This document shows, one piece after another, positions 26,111 to 39,386 of a stretch of DNA of 64,000 bases. The DNA lies in assembly GCA_951406725.2 (NCBI GenBank), contig OX597815.1, positions 48,980,001 to 49,044,000 of the forward strand, read 5' to 3'. A program made the translations under genes and the position numbers. Every line of letters starts with the position of its first letter. Positions within the stretch are counted from its first letter, which is position 1. This DNA comes from Octopus vulgaris (taxonomy: Eukaryota). A model generated the notes under the pieces. That model had not been told where the DNA came from and ran no database searches. It worked only from the letters and a program-made list of their open reading frames with translations.

Positions 26111-26478
26111 ATAAAAGATGGGCTACAGCAAATATTCTGCTCAATACCTCAGATTTGCTTGTCAGTTGTTGCCCTTAACCCTTAGTGGCTGACGATATGT
26201 GCATCTCTGATCATGAGCAGAAGTAGTGAGGGAGTATCATAGCCGTGTGTTGAAAGGAATTCTTGGAGGTTTGGATAATTCACCTTTGGAAACATGGGTG
26301 GTGGTTCGTTCAACATCCTTAAACAATACTTATTCAAGGACCTTTTGAACGGGATGGGTTGCTCGACCAGAAGAAAATTCTAACTGGGCCCCACCTGCAA
26401 GGTCATGCGCTGTTTATCTTGATATGAGATCACCACGTCGCGCACATATGGTTGTGATGCATGTGCCTAATGTACCCT
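26111..26478 (+). mobile_element. Truncated copy of the (AAT)n-associated element
   Basis: Collinear with ~25548-25928. Confidence 0.85.
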
Positions 26479-26616
26479 TTGATCAACTTAGCAGCACCTC
26501 ATTGCAGGAACTGACTAGCAAAGTGTTCGAATAACGGTGTAAAGGTTACACCTTTTGATTAACCACAGAATGATTAGTTGTGAGTATATTTATAAGTTGA
26601 TCGTGAATCTAATTCT

Positions 26617-26706
26617 AATGTCTGACGAAGTGATTACATAAAATTGTATCATTTTGTATGGAGTATGAAGTAAATGACTTTCGTTCATCGAAACGAACGT
26701 AACATT
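26617..26706 (+). ncRNA. Type I minimal hammerhead ribozyme (Penelope pLTR-like)
   Basis: AATGT-CTGACGA-[stem II GTGA/TCAT, long loop]-GAAAC-GAAC-GTA-ACATT; stem I perfect. Confidence 0.6.
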
Positions 26707-27111
26707 GGTTTGCCTTTCTCTTTTCCTCAATTAAAATTATACAAGTGTGAATGTATGCGCGCGCATATGTGTGTGCGTGCGTGTGTGTGTCACTAGCATC
26801 TACTAGTGTCTAGAATTTGATTCTATAAAATTTATCAAGACGTGATTTATAAGTTGTAATGTATAAAATGTCTGTGTAATCGTACTTTTGAACTGAAAAA
26901 TCCTACTTTTCAACGAAAACATGAGGAATATGGTGCAACTGTGTCCAAGTTTCTTCACTGTTGGTCTGCTCTCCTCTATTAAAGTATCTTTCTTCCATCC
27001 TGCTTGTTTTAGTTCACATACAAAGAAATTCTGCCCAACCTAGCTTTTTCTTCTTCAGAGCGAATAGTCAAATATTTCAACTGCCCACAAACATGAATAT
27101 TACAGATTTTA

Positions 27112-27240
27112 AATGTTCGTTTAATATTATTATTGTGTCGCTTCTCGGAGCTTCTTATGGATGCCTTCTTTCGACAGTCAGTGATCCGACATTCTTTGAA
27201 TGCTGCCGACTTAGGCGCATTGTTCATTGTTCTACACACA
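27112..27240. repeat. 129-bp unique segment, copy 1
   Basis: 4 substitutions versus 30591-30719. Confidence 0.95.
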
Positions 27241-27332
27241 TACTGTACTCATGCATGAGTATCTGTCTTTATGCACAGAAGTGTATGTATGTGTGTATGT
27301 ATGTGTGTATGTATGTGTGTATGTATGTGAGC

Positions 27333-27363
<31 letters not shown>

Positions 27364-27867
27364 TGTATGTATGTATGTATGTATGCACGCACACACCTAT
27401 GTATAAACATTCACGCATATATATGCATACACACACACACATATATATGCATACACACACACATATATATATATATATGCATACACACTCACATGCACAC
27501 ACACATATTTATGTATATAGATATAAATATATGTGTGTGCGTGTGTCTGTATGTGTGCGAGCCTTCACTGAATTTTTATATTTGTAGTTTTACCAAAAAT
27601 AATAGTGTCTTAGTTAGGTAGGTATTGTTCTTGAAGATTACCCCACTCACATACAACCGTTTCTTTTGAAGAATTTCAGCACGGTGTTAAAAGATCTTCA
27701 CAAAATGTCTCATTGTCTTTTGTATCATGACGCTATCGTAGTAGGGGGTGTGGGTCACATTGTTAAATACTTATGGTATCTCACTAAAATAAACAACTAT
27801 ATTTTAATGACTGTATCATACACGTGCCTCCCCAGACCCCTCCACATGCACATGCACACACTAGTTA

Positions 27868-27908
<41 letters not shown>

Positions 27909-28035
27909 CTGTCATTTATACTTCCAGCGCCACATGTGTTCTTCAAAACTTTGCGCTTCACGCAATTTCAATGTCTCTTTCTCTTTATCTCCCCCTCCTT
28001 CTCTCTTTTTCTTTGTATACGTTTGTGTACATGTA

Positions 28036-28084
<49 letters not shown>

Positions 28085-28505
28085 GAAAATGTGTCTGTGT
28101 GAATATATGTATGTAAATATGTGTGTGGGGGCGTGAGTGTGTCTGTGTCCCTCTGTGTTTGTGAGTGTGTGTGTGAAGTATGTATATATGAATGTGTATA
28201 TACGTGTACGTGTGTGTGTGTGTGTTTGTACCAGAGTTAATGCGTGTGTGCGCATATATGTGTCTGTGAGTCTGTGTACACAGTACCACTATTTGTCTTC
28301 TGCCATTATCTTCTGTCTGTCTTTTTCTTTCTTTTTTTTCTCATTTCCTTCCTTTCCTCTTTATTGTCTTATTTAACCCCCACCCCTTTCTCCATCCTCC
28401 CGCACTTCCTCCCTCCCTTCCTGTCTTTTCCAGGTACACTTCCTATTTCTTTTTCTCCAAATCTCTCACACTTTTATCACCGCAACCGCCAATCTTAACC
28501 CCCAC

Positions 28506-28657
28506 TCCACCTCCACCACCACCACCACCACCACCACCACCACCACCACCACCACCACCACCACCACCACCACCACCACCACCACCACCACCACCACCAC
28601 CACCACCACCATTATCGTCGTCGCAGCCGCCGCCACCACTACCACCGTCGCCGCCGC
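28506..28657. repeat. (CCA)n microsatellite with (CCG) flank
   Basis: Directly visible. Confidence 0.97.
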
Positions 28658-28829
28658 ATAGACAGACGCCCCTTCCCTATACCTTCTAATTCGTTCGTTT
28701 GTTTTAAAGCACACTTACAGACATTAAGTATTGTTAGAGATGATGACAAAAAGCTTCCACTCAACTTATACTCCACCTCTACTCAGCCTCTACTCAACTC
28801 TGTTCTGGAATTACGCATAGGCGTTCTTT

Positions 28830-29103
28830 TATTCCTTTATTCTTTCATTTCTTTCTGCTATTTGACTGCGGCCATGCTGGAGAACTGCCTTAAAGGGTTT
28901 TTTTAATCGGAGAAATCGATTCCAGTAGTTATTCTTTGTAAGCCTAGTACTTATTCTATCGGTCTCTTTTGCCGAATCGCTAAGTGACGGAGACAGAAAT
29001 ACACCAACATCGGTTGTCAAGTGATGGTGGGGGCGGGCGGACAGACTGAAAGGCACACATACATACATACATACATACATACATACATACATACATACAT
29101 ACA

Positions 29104-29137
<34 letters not shown>

Positions 29138-29308
29138 CATACATACGACGAGCTTCTTTCAGCTTCCGTCTTCCAAATCCACTCACAAGGCTCGGGTCGG
29201 CCCGAGGCTATAGTTGAAGGCACTTGCCCAAGGTGCCACACAGTGGGACTAAACCTGAAAACATGGGGTTGGGAAGCGAACTTCTTACTACATAACCACG
29301 GCCTGCAT
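28830..29308 (-). mobile_element. SINE family A, full-length, internal (TACA)n
   Basis: Aligns with family A consensus. Confidence 0.9.
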
Positions 29309-29364
29309 TGTGTATATAACCTACACAGAACTGCTACCCTTCACTCCAATAAGTTTATACCCTT

Positions 29365-29858
29365 CTTTCAGAAGCAGCAAATGCCACTAAGCATTTTGTA
29401 CGGTGTGCCAAGGATTCTGCCAGCTCTGCGCCTTAAATATTGGATAATCGTTTCTTCTTTAGACATATGGCCTGAAATTTGGTGTGAGGCGGACAGGCGA
29501 ATGAATTGATCCCAGTGCTTGACTGGTGCTTATTTTATCGACCCCGGAAAGATGAAAGACAAAGTCAATTTCAGTAGAATTAGATCTTAGAACGTAAAAC
29601 TTGAAGAAATGCCGCTAAGCGGGAGAACTATTCTGCCAGTTCGCTACCTTTAAAGACATATCGAATAATACTTTCTATTATAGACACAATGCTTGAAATT
29701 TTGTGAGAGGAGGGCTTGTCGATAACATCGACCCCAGTATTCGATTGATACTTATTTTATCGACCTCGAAAGGAGGAAAAGCAAAGTAACTTCAGTGCTC
29801 AAAGTAAATGCCGCTAAGCATTTTGTACGGTGCGCTAACGGTTCTATCAGCTAGCCGC
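29365..29858 (-). mobile_element. Tandem decayed SINE family B copies
   Basis: Repeated TTTTATCGACC..GAAA.GATGAAAG.CAAAGT and ATGCCGCTAAGC blocks. Confidence 0.75.
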
Positions 29859-30180
29859 GCTATGGCTCAGTGGTTAGAGCGTTGGGCTCTCAATAATAAC
29901 GTTGTGATTTCGGTTCCCAGACTGAGCTGTGTGTTGTGTTCTTGGGCAAGATACTTTATTTCATGTTGTTCCAGTTCACTTAGCTGTAGAAATGAATCAC
30001 TGGTGCCAAGCTACATCGGCCTTTGCCTTTTCCTTGAATAACATCAATGGCGTGGAGAGAGGAAGCTAGTATGCATGAGCGACTGTTGGTCATCTATGAA
30101 CAACCTTGCCCAGACCTGTGCCTCGGAAGGGAACTTTCTAGGTGCACTCCCTTGGCCATTCATAACTGAAGGGGTTCTTT
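29857..30180 (+). mobile_element. tRNA-derived SINE family C (Meta/CORE-like central domain)
   Basis: TGGCTCAGTGGTTAGAGCG A box, GTGTTCTTGGGCAAGATACTTTATTTCA domain; matches 42193-42526. Confidence 0.85.
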
Positions 30181-30267
30181 ATGTCTGAAATCAATACAGG
30201 TATGGTTGCGGCAAGGGTATCTTTGAGGACAGGTCTAGTCGACCGTGACTGATCTGTAATATCTTCT

Positions 30268-30750
30268 ATCATTTACTTGTTTCAGTCATTAGACTGCAGC
30301 CATGCTGGGGCACCACCTTGAAGAATTTTTAGTCGAAATTATCGACCCTAGCACTTATCTTTTTGTAAAGCCTAGTACTTATTCTCTCGGTCTCTTTTGC
30401 CGAGCCGCTAAGAAGATACGGGGACGTAGAAACACCAACACCGGTTGTCAAGCGGTAACGGGGGACAAAGACATACACAAAGACACACACGACGGGATTC
30501 TTTTAGATTCCGGCAATCAAATCCACTCGCAAGGTTTTAATCAGTCTGAGGCTATAGTAGAAGACACTTACCCTAGGTGCTGTGGGACTGAATGTTCGTT
30601 TAATATTATTCTTGTGTCGCTTCTCGGAGCTTCTTATGGATGCTTTCTTTCGACAGTCAGTGATCCGACATTCTTTGAATGCTGCCGACCTAGGTGCATT
30701 GTTCATTGTTCTACACACAAACTTCTTACCACACAGCTATGCATGCGCCT
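30268..30750 (-). mobile_element. SINE family A interrupted by the 129-bp insert
   Basis: Consensus resumes after 30719 with AACTTCTTACCACACAGC. Confidence 0.85.
30591..30719. repeat. 129-bp unique segment, copy 2
   Basis: Direct repeat of 27112-27240. Confidence 0.95.
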
Positions 30751-31329
30751 ATATATTTACAAAAGGAACTTTGAAATTTTGAAAAATTAGGTGATACATG
30801 AAAGTAAGTGTGTGCACGCATCCGCCAATTTCTTTTCTTTTCTTTACAATATATTCAGATTCTATCGCAATCTACACCACCTAAAAGTTATTTGTAGAAA
30901 ATCTCCTTCAAAGATACCCATTTCCTGAAAGTTATGAGGAAACAAAGTCGATTCTTGTGAATTACCCGAAACTTTTCTTCCCAGCATTGGAAAATTTTTT
31001 CACGAAAAATTCAGATATAATCGGAATCTATACCATTTGGAAAGTATTTGTGGAAAACCTCATTTAAAAATACTCGTTTTTCTGACAGTCTGCGGTGGGG
31101 TGGAGGGCATGTTGTGTAGGTGTGCTATATTTTCTCATCACTTTTGTTTAAAGACAGAAGTGCGATTGGTAAATGATTTAGCAACTACTTGTAGCTGGTC
31201 TAGTGACCAGGTAGTTGGTGGTGGTGATTTGATACTGCTTCAGGTGTTGTGATGTTGATAGTGATGAAGCAAAGTCGTCTTAGTAGTGTTTTAGACCCTT
31301 CCCCAAAGTATATCAATGTACTAGGCCAT

Positions 31330-32300
31330 ATAGTATTATTTATTGACAGCAAGCCACGACATCCATAGATCAGAATCGGGACCCTAGACTCATGAGGCCT
31401 CCGACCAAATAACACTGTGTATTGTAATATATACTTATTGAAAAGACGGCAGACACGTTAGTACGCCGGGCGAAATGCTTTGTGGTATTTCGTCTGCCGC
31501 TGCGTTCTTAGTTCAAATTCCGCTGAGGTCGACTTTGCCTTTCATCCTTTCGGGGTCGATAAATTAAGCACTAGTTACGCACTGGGGTCGATGTAATCGG
31601 CTTAATCTGTTCATCTATCCTTGTTTGTCCCCTCTGTGTTTAGCCCCTTGTGGGTAGTAAAGAAGTAAGGAACGTTAGCACGCCGGACGAAATGCTCAGC
31701 GGTATTTCGTCTGCCGTTACGTTCTGAGTTCAAATCCCACCGAGGTCGACTTTGCCTTTCATCCTTTCAGAGTCGGTAAATTAAGTACCAGTTGCGTACT
31801 GGCGTCGATCTAATCGATTGGCCCTCTCCCCCAAAATTCCAGTCCTTGTGCGTAGAGTAGAAAAGAATATTTAATTATTGACAGCAAGCCAAAGCACGTA
31901 TAGATCGTGGGCCTCGGGAAAATCCAGGCACTGAGCCCTATAGTGTTTATTGATAGCAAGCCACAGCATACATAGATGAGAATTGGGTTCCTAGATCATG
32001 AGCCCACCGAGCAAATAACTGTATTGTATATTGTATTTAGTTGTAGACCGAGGGCCCCAGTAAAATCGAAGCGCTGCCCTATAGTATTTTTTATTGACAG
32101 TAAGTCACAGCATATATAGATCAGAATCCGACCCCTAGACTCAAAAGGCCCCCGAAAAAATAACTGCATTGAGAGCTGTAACATTTTCTCATTGACAGCA
32201 AGCCAGGGATACATCGAATGCTCCGGGAAAATCAATGCTCTGAGCACTATAGTGTTTGCTTATAGACAGCAACGCATAGAATTGGACCCTTAGACCCGTG
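31330..32300. repeat. Old degenerate minisatellite with recurring ATTGACAGCAAGCC
   Basis: About six variant occurrences of the motif with alternating following subunits. Confidence 0.75.
31445..31868 (+). mobile_element. SINE family B dimer (Tx1-like tail on monomer 1, alternative tail on monomer 2)
   Basis: Two heads and two central domains joined by TTTAGCCCCTTGTGGGTAGTAAAGAA. Confidence 0.88.
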
Positions 32301-33262
32301 AAACATGTGGGAGCCGTGAGATCCGTGGTGCCCTCGGTCAACCACCCAGTGTGTCCATGCCTTAAGACAACATAGGGTATCGTTAGGGGTGATGCGGCGG
32401 TAGCGACAAGATCGAAAGGTGATGGTAGTGATGGAGTTACTCAAGGTTAGGGTTGTAATGGTAGGGGTTGTTATGGTCATTGTGATGCTGATGTTTGGAT
32501 GACAGTACTGAGGATGAAGAAAATATAAAGGTGAAAGTGGAAATAGGGGTACATTTTATGTATAAAAATATAAATAAACGAGCACTACCCTCCATGTCCA
32601 TCCGAAACCAATGAGAAAAACAAGAAAACAAAATGCATAATTCTACAAATGATAGAGAGAAATAAGATGAAGGAAAGATTAGGACGTAATAGAAAGGGGG
32701 AGAGAAGGGAGGAAAGGAGGAGGAGAGTAGGAAAGAAAGAGAGAAAAAGAAAGGGAGAGAGTGAAGGGGAGAGTGGGAGGGTGATGTCTCATAAAATTAG
32801 ACAAAATCAACAGCTATGTGTATATGTGTGTGTGTGTGTGTGTGTGAATAACTAAAAAAAACAAAACAGAAAGAGAACAAGCTTAGACAAAACAGTAGTA
32901 ACAACCAACAATAAATACACTTATAAAGAAGAGAATGAGAAAATCAAAAACAAAAAAGCGTTATAGAAAACAAAAAAAATAAGTATACAAATAAAATAAA
33001 CAAAGTAAATAATTAAAATAAACAAAACAAAAAAAGAAAACACACTGTAAACGGCGAACCACCCACCTCCTTGCACCACGCCTAAATACAAACCCTTGAT
33101 TCCAATTTTCATAAGCGATGGATAGTAGCGTACACATTTCCGGAGTGAAAAAGTGAGAATTCCACATTTGCCATAACGCATTCATGGCTATGTCATTAGG
33201 AGTGGGATTGGGCGCAAAAAAGAGGAGACGGGTTTGTATGTGAGTGTATAAATGTGTACACA

Positions 33263-33334
<72 letters not shown>

Positions 33335-33491
33335 TATATACATACATATCCATATTTATACATATGAATAAATACATATGTATGTAGAAACATGCATATG
33401 TATACATACACACATTACATATATGTACACTCATGCATACACAAAAATGTGTATAAATATGTATATACACACATATATATCTGTGTGTGTG

Positions 33492-33524
<33 letters not shown>

Positions 33525-33621
33525 ATGTGTGTGAGTGTGTGTATGCATTGTGCGTATGCATGAGTGTACATGTATGAGTGTGTGTATATACATATATGTA
33601 TATGTGTGCAGCTATCTAACT

Positions 33622-33722
<101 letters not shown>

Positions 33723-33994
33723 GCGTGATTATGTGTGCCTGAGTGGGTTTATACATATTTGTTTTGTGTTTGAGGGTGCCACTTGAGGTGGTAGCAGAGG
33801 TACGACGGAAGGTGGGGAGAAGACAGGTGAGATATAGAGTGTATAGGTATAAGGTTGGGTTGATAGTGGGTGGGGAGTGTATGGCAAGGGTGAAGTAAAG
33901 GTGGGTTTGGAGAAACGGGATAGCATGCAGCAGGTAAGTAATGAAAGGCTTGAAAGAGTAGTGGATTTTGCCTGGCATTTACCGTTGTCATTTA

Positions 33995-34117
<123 letters not shown>

Positions 34118-34470
34118 CTATTATTATGAAATAAACGCTCTGCTGGAGCCACTACCTGTCAGGCAGGCTTCGAAAAGGGCATAAGTGTGTTTGAGTGTGT
34201 TGTGTGTGTACAAATATATGCGTGGTGTGGTGTGTGTGTGTGAGTGTGTGTGCGTATATATATATATATATATATATATACATACACGCACCCACCCACC
34301 CAGTGCCTGTATACAAAGACGTGCACGCGCACACAAACATACACACAGTCGCTGTAGTAAGCGGAAGTGCGAAACTAAGATGACTGACGTAAGGCATACA
34401 AAGCTTTGAATAACTGCATATAACATAATTCATTTATTCATTGGGTACTTTTCACTCGGTTGCTAATATA

Positions 34471-34532
<62 letters not shown>

Positions 34533-35546
34533 TTATAGGCTGTTGCTCTTTACCCAAAGAGTACTTAAGACATATAACGAATAAAATATATTTAAAATAA
34601 CATAACTCGTTAATCATAATACGTTATAAGTAAAGGTGTTATAGTGTAGAATTTTCCAATATTTCAGAAGGTACCTCCCAATGTGTCGGTATTTGGGGAT
34701 TATCTCTTATTTCATTTCTTCAAAATCGGAATGAAGTATGACTTTTGAAGTATTAGTGTGATTACATTTATCATGAATACCGTATCTATAATATCTTATT
34801 TAAATAATTCTGTTTTGTTAATTCAAGACTGTATGATATTTGGGTGCCTTTACGCTGCGGTAGTATGTAGATAATTTTATATCCATTTTGTAGACGCTTT
34901 CCAACATGTATGATTGCGTCGTTATATTTTTGTAGAAGATTTCTTCTACGATACGTGTTTGATTGTGAGTGGATAGTATCTGTCGACTAAATTAATTGTA
35001 TAAATTCAAAACTGACGCTACAATTATGTGCTTTGCTATATATGTTGCCGCATATCACAAGTCATACAATGTTTTTCTATACATGAACTTACTCTTCGAT
35101 AAATATCTCATCTTTGGTTAAAATATCAGCCTTTATGAATTAAATTGATTTCAGCATGGGGTCGCTTGGTAGCACAGAATATGTAACCTTTTCGACCTAC
35201 ATATCCTATACACAATTGATAAATACTGACCACGACGAAGACTGGCTTATATACAAGTATAGTTTTGTTATATTGTAACACTCATTTAAAAAAGTTCTTA
35301 ACACTACTGAATTATCAAGTTAAATTATGATAATCAAATATCAATTTTTCGATGCAGCTCGCAACTGAGCCTCAGAAAAACACAAACCTTACAGAAACCC
35401 AAATGGCAAATTATATACATTGATAAAGGCTCATGCTATCAGCCTATAGTCATTATAGTGTGTGATCGAACATGCAGCCACGTGGTTGCGAAGCAGACTT
35501 TTTGCTTTTATAAGCATACTCGTTCCCATATATCATATATCAGTTC

Positions 35547-35616
<70 letters not shown>

Positions 35617-36284
35617 TGCGTGCGTCCCTCTCCCCTATATATACCGGGAACACGGCGCGATGGGATTAAATCGGGTGATCAGAAGAGAGTCGACACTTGA
35701 CCTCAGTGTCTTAGGAAACCCGCACTCATATGCTATCCTGTTTGTTATCTACTCCTTTTAAAACCCTCATCAGGACCACCGTCACTTCTATATCAACCTC
35801 GTTGTCAAATATTGCATTTCATGGATATCAGACTTCCTGTTTAACACAGAAGACAGTGAATTGTTTTGCTAAAATCGTGGTTTATGTGTCATGGATGTTG
35901 GATTTTGTCTAGTCAGACCTAGTTGGCACCTAATTTGGTTGGCATTTAATTTCATTGTTGGCTGCTTTCTTGCTTAGTAGGTAGATGGAATACGATGGTG
36001 AGATAGGAAAGAGCTTTGACTGCTGGTTTTAGCATGTTGGGAGACTACGTAAAGGCTCCGAAAATGGTTTTTGTAGCTATTGTGGTTATTGATATTGTTG
36101 TTTAGTCCCAAAACTCCTCATTCGCATAATCACCGAACCTGGAGCTTAACTATCGTCTGTCCATAGCACTTACTCTGCGTTACCTTTGGGTCTTATTGAC
36201 ACCATTACATCTCATAATCTCCCCTCTCTCTCTCTCTCTCTATGCTTGTATGTATATATACATACATACATACATACATATATA

Positions 36285-36449
36285 TATACGACGGGCCTCT
36301 TCAAGTTTCCGTCTACCAAATCCACTCACAAGGTTTTGGTTGACCCGAGGCTATAGCAGAAGACAGTTGCCCAAGGTGCCACGCAGTGGAACTGAACCCG
36401 GAACCATGTGGTTGGGAAGCAAGATTCTTACCATACATCCACGCCAGCG

Positions 36450-36450
<1 letters not shown>
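36285..36450 (-). mobile_element. SINE family A 5' half (second 5' half at ~36660-36815)
   Basis: Head and CORE-like block, ending at the internal microsatellite. Confidence 0.85.
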
Positions 36451-36479
<29 letters not shown>

Positions 36480-36480
<1 letters not shown>

Positions 36481-36655
36481 GGGTCGCTGAACTGTACATG
36501 TTTATTTCATTCTCTCTCTGTTTATTTTCTCTTACTCCTTTTTCCTTTGCTGAAGAGCATAAGCTCGAAACGTAAAGCACCTTTTTCATTTTTCCCAAGC
36601 GTCAAACTAATAAACTTGCTTATTGTTCATACACCTGCCTTCGTCTTTTGTTTTT
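36480..36655 (+). mobile_element. Penelope-like pLTR fragment with variant hammerhead (36545-36577)
   Basis: CTTTGCTGAA-GAGC-ATAA-GCTC-GAAACGTAAAG; homologous to 37220-37405 in inverted orientation. Confidence 0.6.
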
Positions 36656-37154
36656 ATACATGACGGACTTCTTTCAGCATCCGTCAGCCAAAATCCATCC
36701 ATAAGTATTTGGTCAGCCTGAGGCAATAGCAGAAGACACTTGTCCAAGGTGCCACGTAGTGAGACAAAAACCGGGACCATGCCTGTAGGAAGCAAAATTC
36801 TCACTACACACCCACGATGAAGTATAATTCTTTTATTTGATGTCGTAGTTTTTTTTTTTGCTTTATATTTTTTTGGTTAATCTTTTATGTTAGGTAAGAA
36901 AGCTTTACATAAAAAGAGCTTTTTAAAAACACTCGATAGTGTGTGAAGCAACACACATGCGCACGCGCGCACACACACACAACCACACACTCGCGTGTTT
37001 GATTTACGTTTAGTTATATAAAAAACAGTAAAACATTAAATTAAAGGAGCACTCAGTATCTCTCAATAGTGTAACACTTAAAAAATTTTAAAGGAAAAGG
37101 TTGACAGTTATACACACACACACACACAAACACACACACAGACACACAGACACA

Positions 37155-37218
<64 letters not shown>

Positions 37219-37219
37219 A

Positions 37220-37405
37220 GGAGAATTAAAAAAAAACAAAAGACGAAGACGGGTGGTGTAGACAGCAAACATGTATTTGGGAAGTGAAAAAGTCTTTAAC
37301 GTTTCGAGCCTACGCTCTTCCACAGAATGGAAGACAGAAAGAAACAAGGAGAGAAAATAAAGAATGCGTAGTGGCTAGCGATCTATCATGGCGAATGCCG
37401 GACAG
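37220..37405 (-). mobile_element. Penelope-like pLTR fragment with variant hammerhead (37292-37330)
   Basis: Reverse strand CTGTGGAA-GAGC-GTAG-GCTC-GAAACGTTAAAGAC; flanked by microsatellites. Confidence 0.6.
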
Positions 37406-37488
37406 ATATATACATATATACATACATATGCATTAATATATAAATATATATATATATATGAGTATGTATGTATATATATATATGTATG

Positions 37489-37537
<49 letters not shown>

Positions 37538-37846
37538 ATATATATAAACATATATACACACATATATTCATATATATATATTTCGAAACGTAGAGTAGAT
37601 GAAATCTTTAGCGACTGAAGAAGGGGGTTTTCTTTGTGTTAATTGTCCTGTACTCTATTTTTTTGCTGTTTTTAAATAAATGTCCAGTTCCTTTGGTTTG
37701 TGTCTATGTTCTCGTTTCTCATTGTGTTCGACGTCCTTTTGGTGTCCTGTACTCATATATGCGTGTATATGTACATGTAGAGGTAGGTACGTACATATAT
37801 GTTTATATATATGCATATGTTTTATTTTATTTATTAATATATAATA

Positions 37847-37928
<82 letters not shown>

Positions 37929-38626
37929 ATATATACACACACATATTCATATATATATATATACATACATATATGCAGACACACACATATATAAGTATAT
38001 ATATACATACACTAAACAGTATACGTATGTTTCAGGTATGACTGCGTTTTAAAGCATGTATCTGCATCAGTGTATGACTGGTTGTTTTGATGTATGTGTA
38101 TGTGTGTGTTTGTGTGTATTTGCCTTTTGATGAGTATGTATGTATACGTGTAAGCATTTGCATGTGACTGTGTATGTGTGCTTGTATATGTCTATATGTG
38201 TTTGCGTACGAATGCGCACACATGTTTGTCTGACAGGAAGGACACCTAGGGAGCGCCACTTGGAGTGTGGGGGGGTAGCTGGCAGAAATACGATGCTATG
38301 AACGAGTTAAATCGCGGAGGAGTGAAAATGTATTTGTTGTGAGGTAAGAAATGTCGAAGGATGACAAGAAGGAGCAGTATAAGGTTACTGAAGAGGAAGG
38401 TTTAGGAGGGGTGGAGGATGATACACAATTAAGGATTTCTCATCCCTTCTTATATGCACACATTGCACACATTAACAGACATATACACACTCAGACACAC
38501 AAACACACACACACATACAAATAAACAAACATTTATACATACAAACACACACATGTACACCTATATACAAATACACATACATACATATATATATATATAT
38601 CCATATACATACAGATAAATACAAAT

Positions 38627-38698
<72 letters not shown>

Positions 38699-38752
38699 TT
38701 ATATAAATACAGGCACGTACATACATATACACAAACATATACATACACACTG

Positions 38753-38798
<46 letters not shown>

Positions 38799-39008
38799 TG
38801 GCGGAGAGCTGGCAGAATGGTTAGCACGCCGGACAAAATGTTTAGCAGCACTTCGTCCGTTTTTTACGTTCTGAGTTCAAATTCCGCCGAGGTCGATTTT
38901 GCCTTTCACCTCTTCGGCTTCGATAAAGTAAGTACCAGTTGGGCACTGGGGTCCATGTAATCGACTTATCCTCTTCCCCCAAATTGCTGACCTTGTGCCA
39001 AAATTCGA

Positions 39009-39011
<3 letters not shown>
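38799..39011 (+). mobile_element. SINE family B, full-length monomer within (TA)n
   Basis: GGCGGAGAGCTGGCAGAATGG head, GAGTTCAAATTCC B box, tail CCTTGTGCCAAAATTCGAAAC. Confidence 0.9.
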
Positions 39012-39044
<33 letters not shown>

Positions 39045-39069
39045 CATGCACACACACACACACACAAAC

Positions 39070-39137
<68 letters not shown>

Positions 39138-39386
39138 TTATATATATATAAAATATAAAAATGGGTCAAGAACGCAAAATATGCAGACAGTTAGGTAATA
39201 CAAAAAAGGGACGCTGCCGTTGTCGGGCTCTGTTACGTGTCTGCCGTGCGATTCGGGCCAGGCGGTGCGGCTGTTGCAGCACCTCGCAACGATGTATGTA
39301 GAAGGTTGAAAAGGAACATACGAGTTGATATATATATGGAAAAATGTCAAGGTAGGAATGCTAAAATAATTTTATAAAAAATATTC

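Noticed and set aside
31330-32300. CRISPR array
   Set aside because: Eukaryotic context, degenerate repeats, non-unique spacers, no cas genes
37583-37630. Permuted (type II) hammerhead GAAACGTA...CTGAAGAAGGGG
   Set aside because: Stem I does not pair; kept only as a possible pLTR relic
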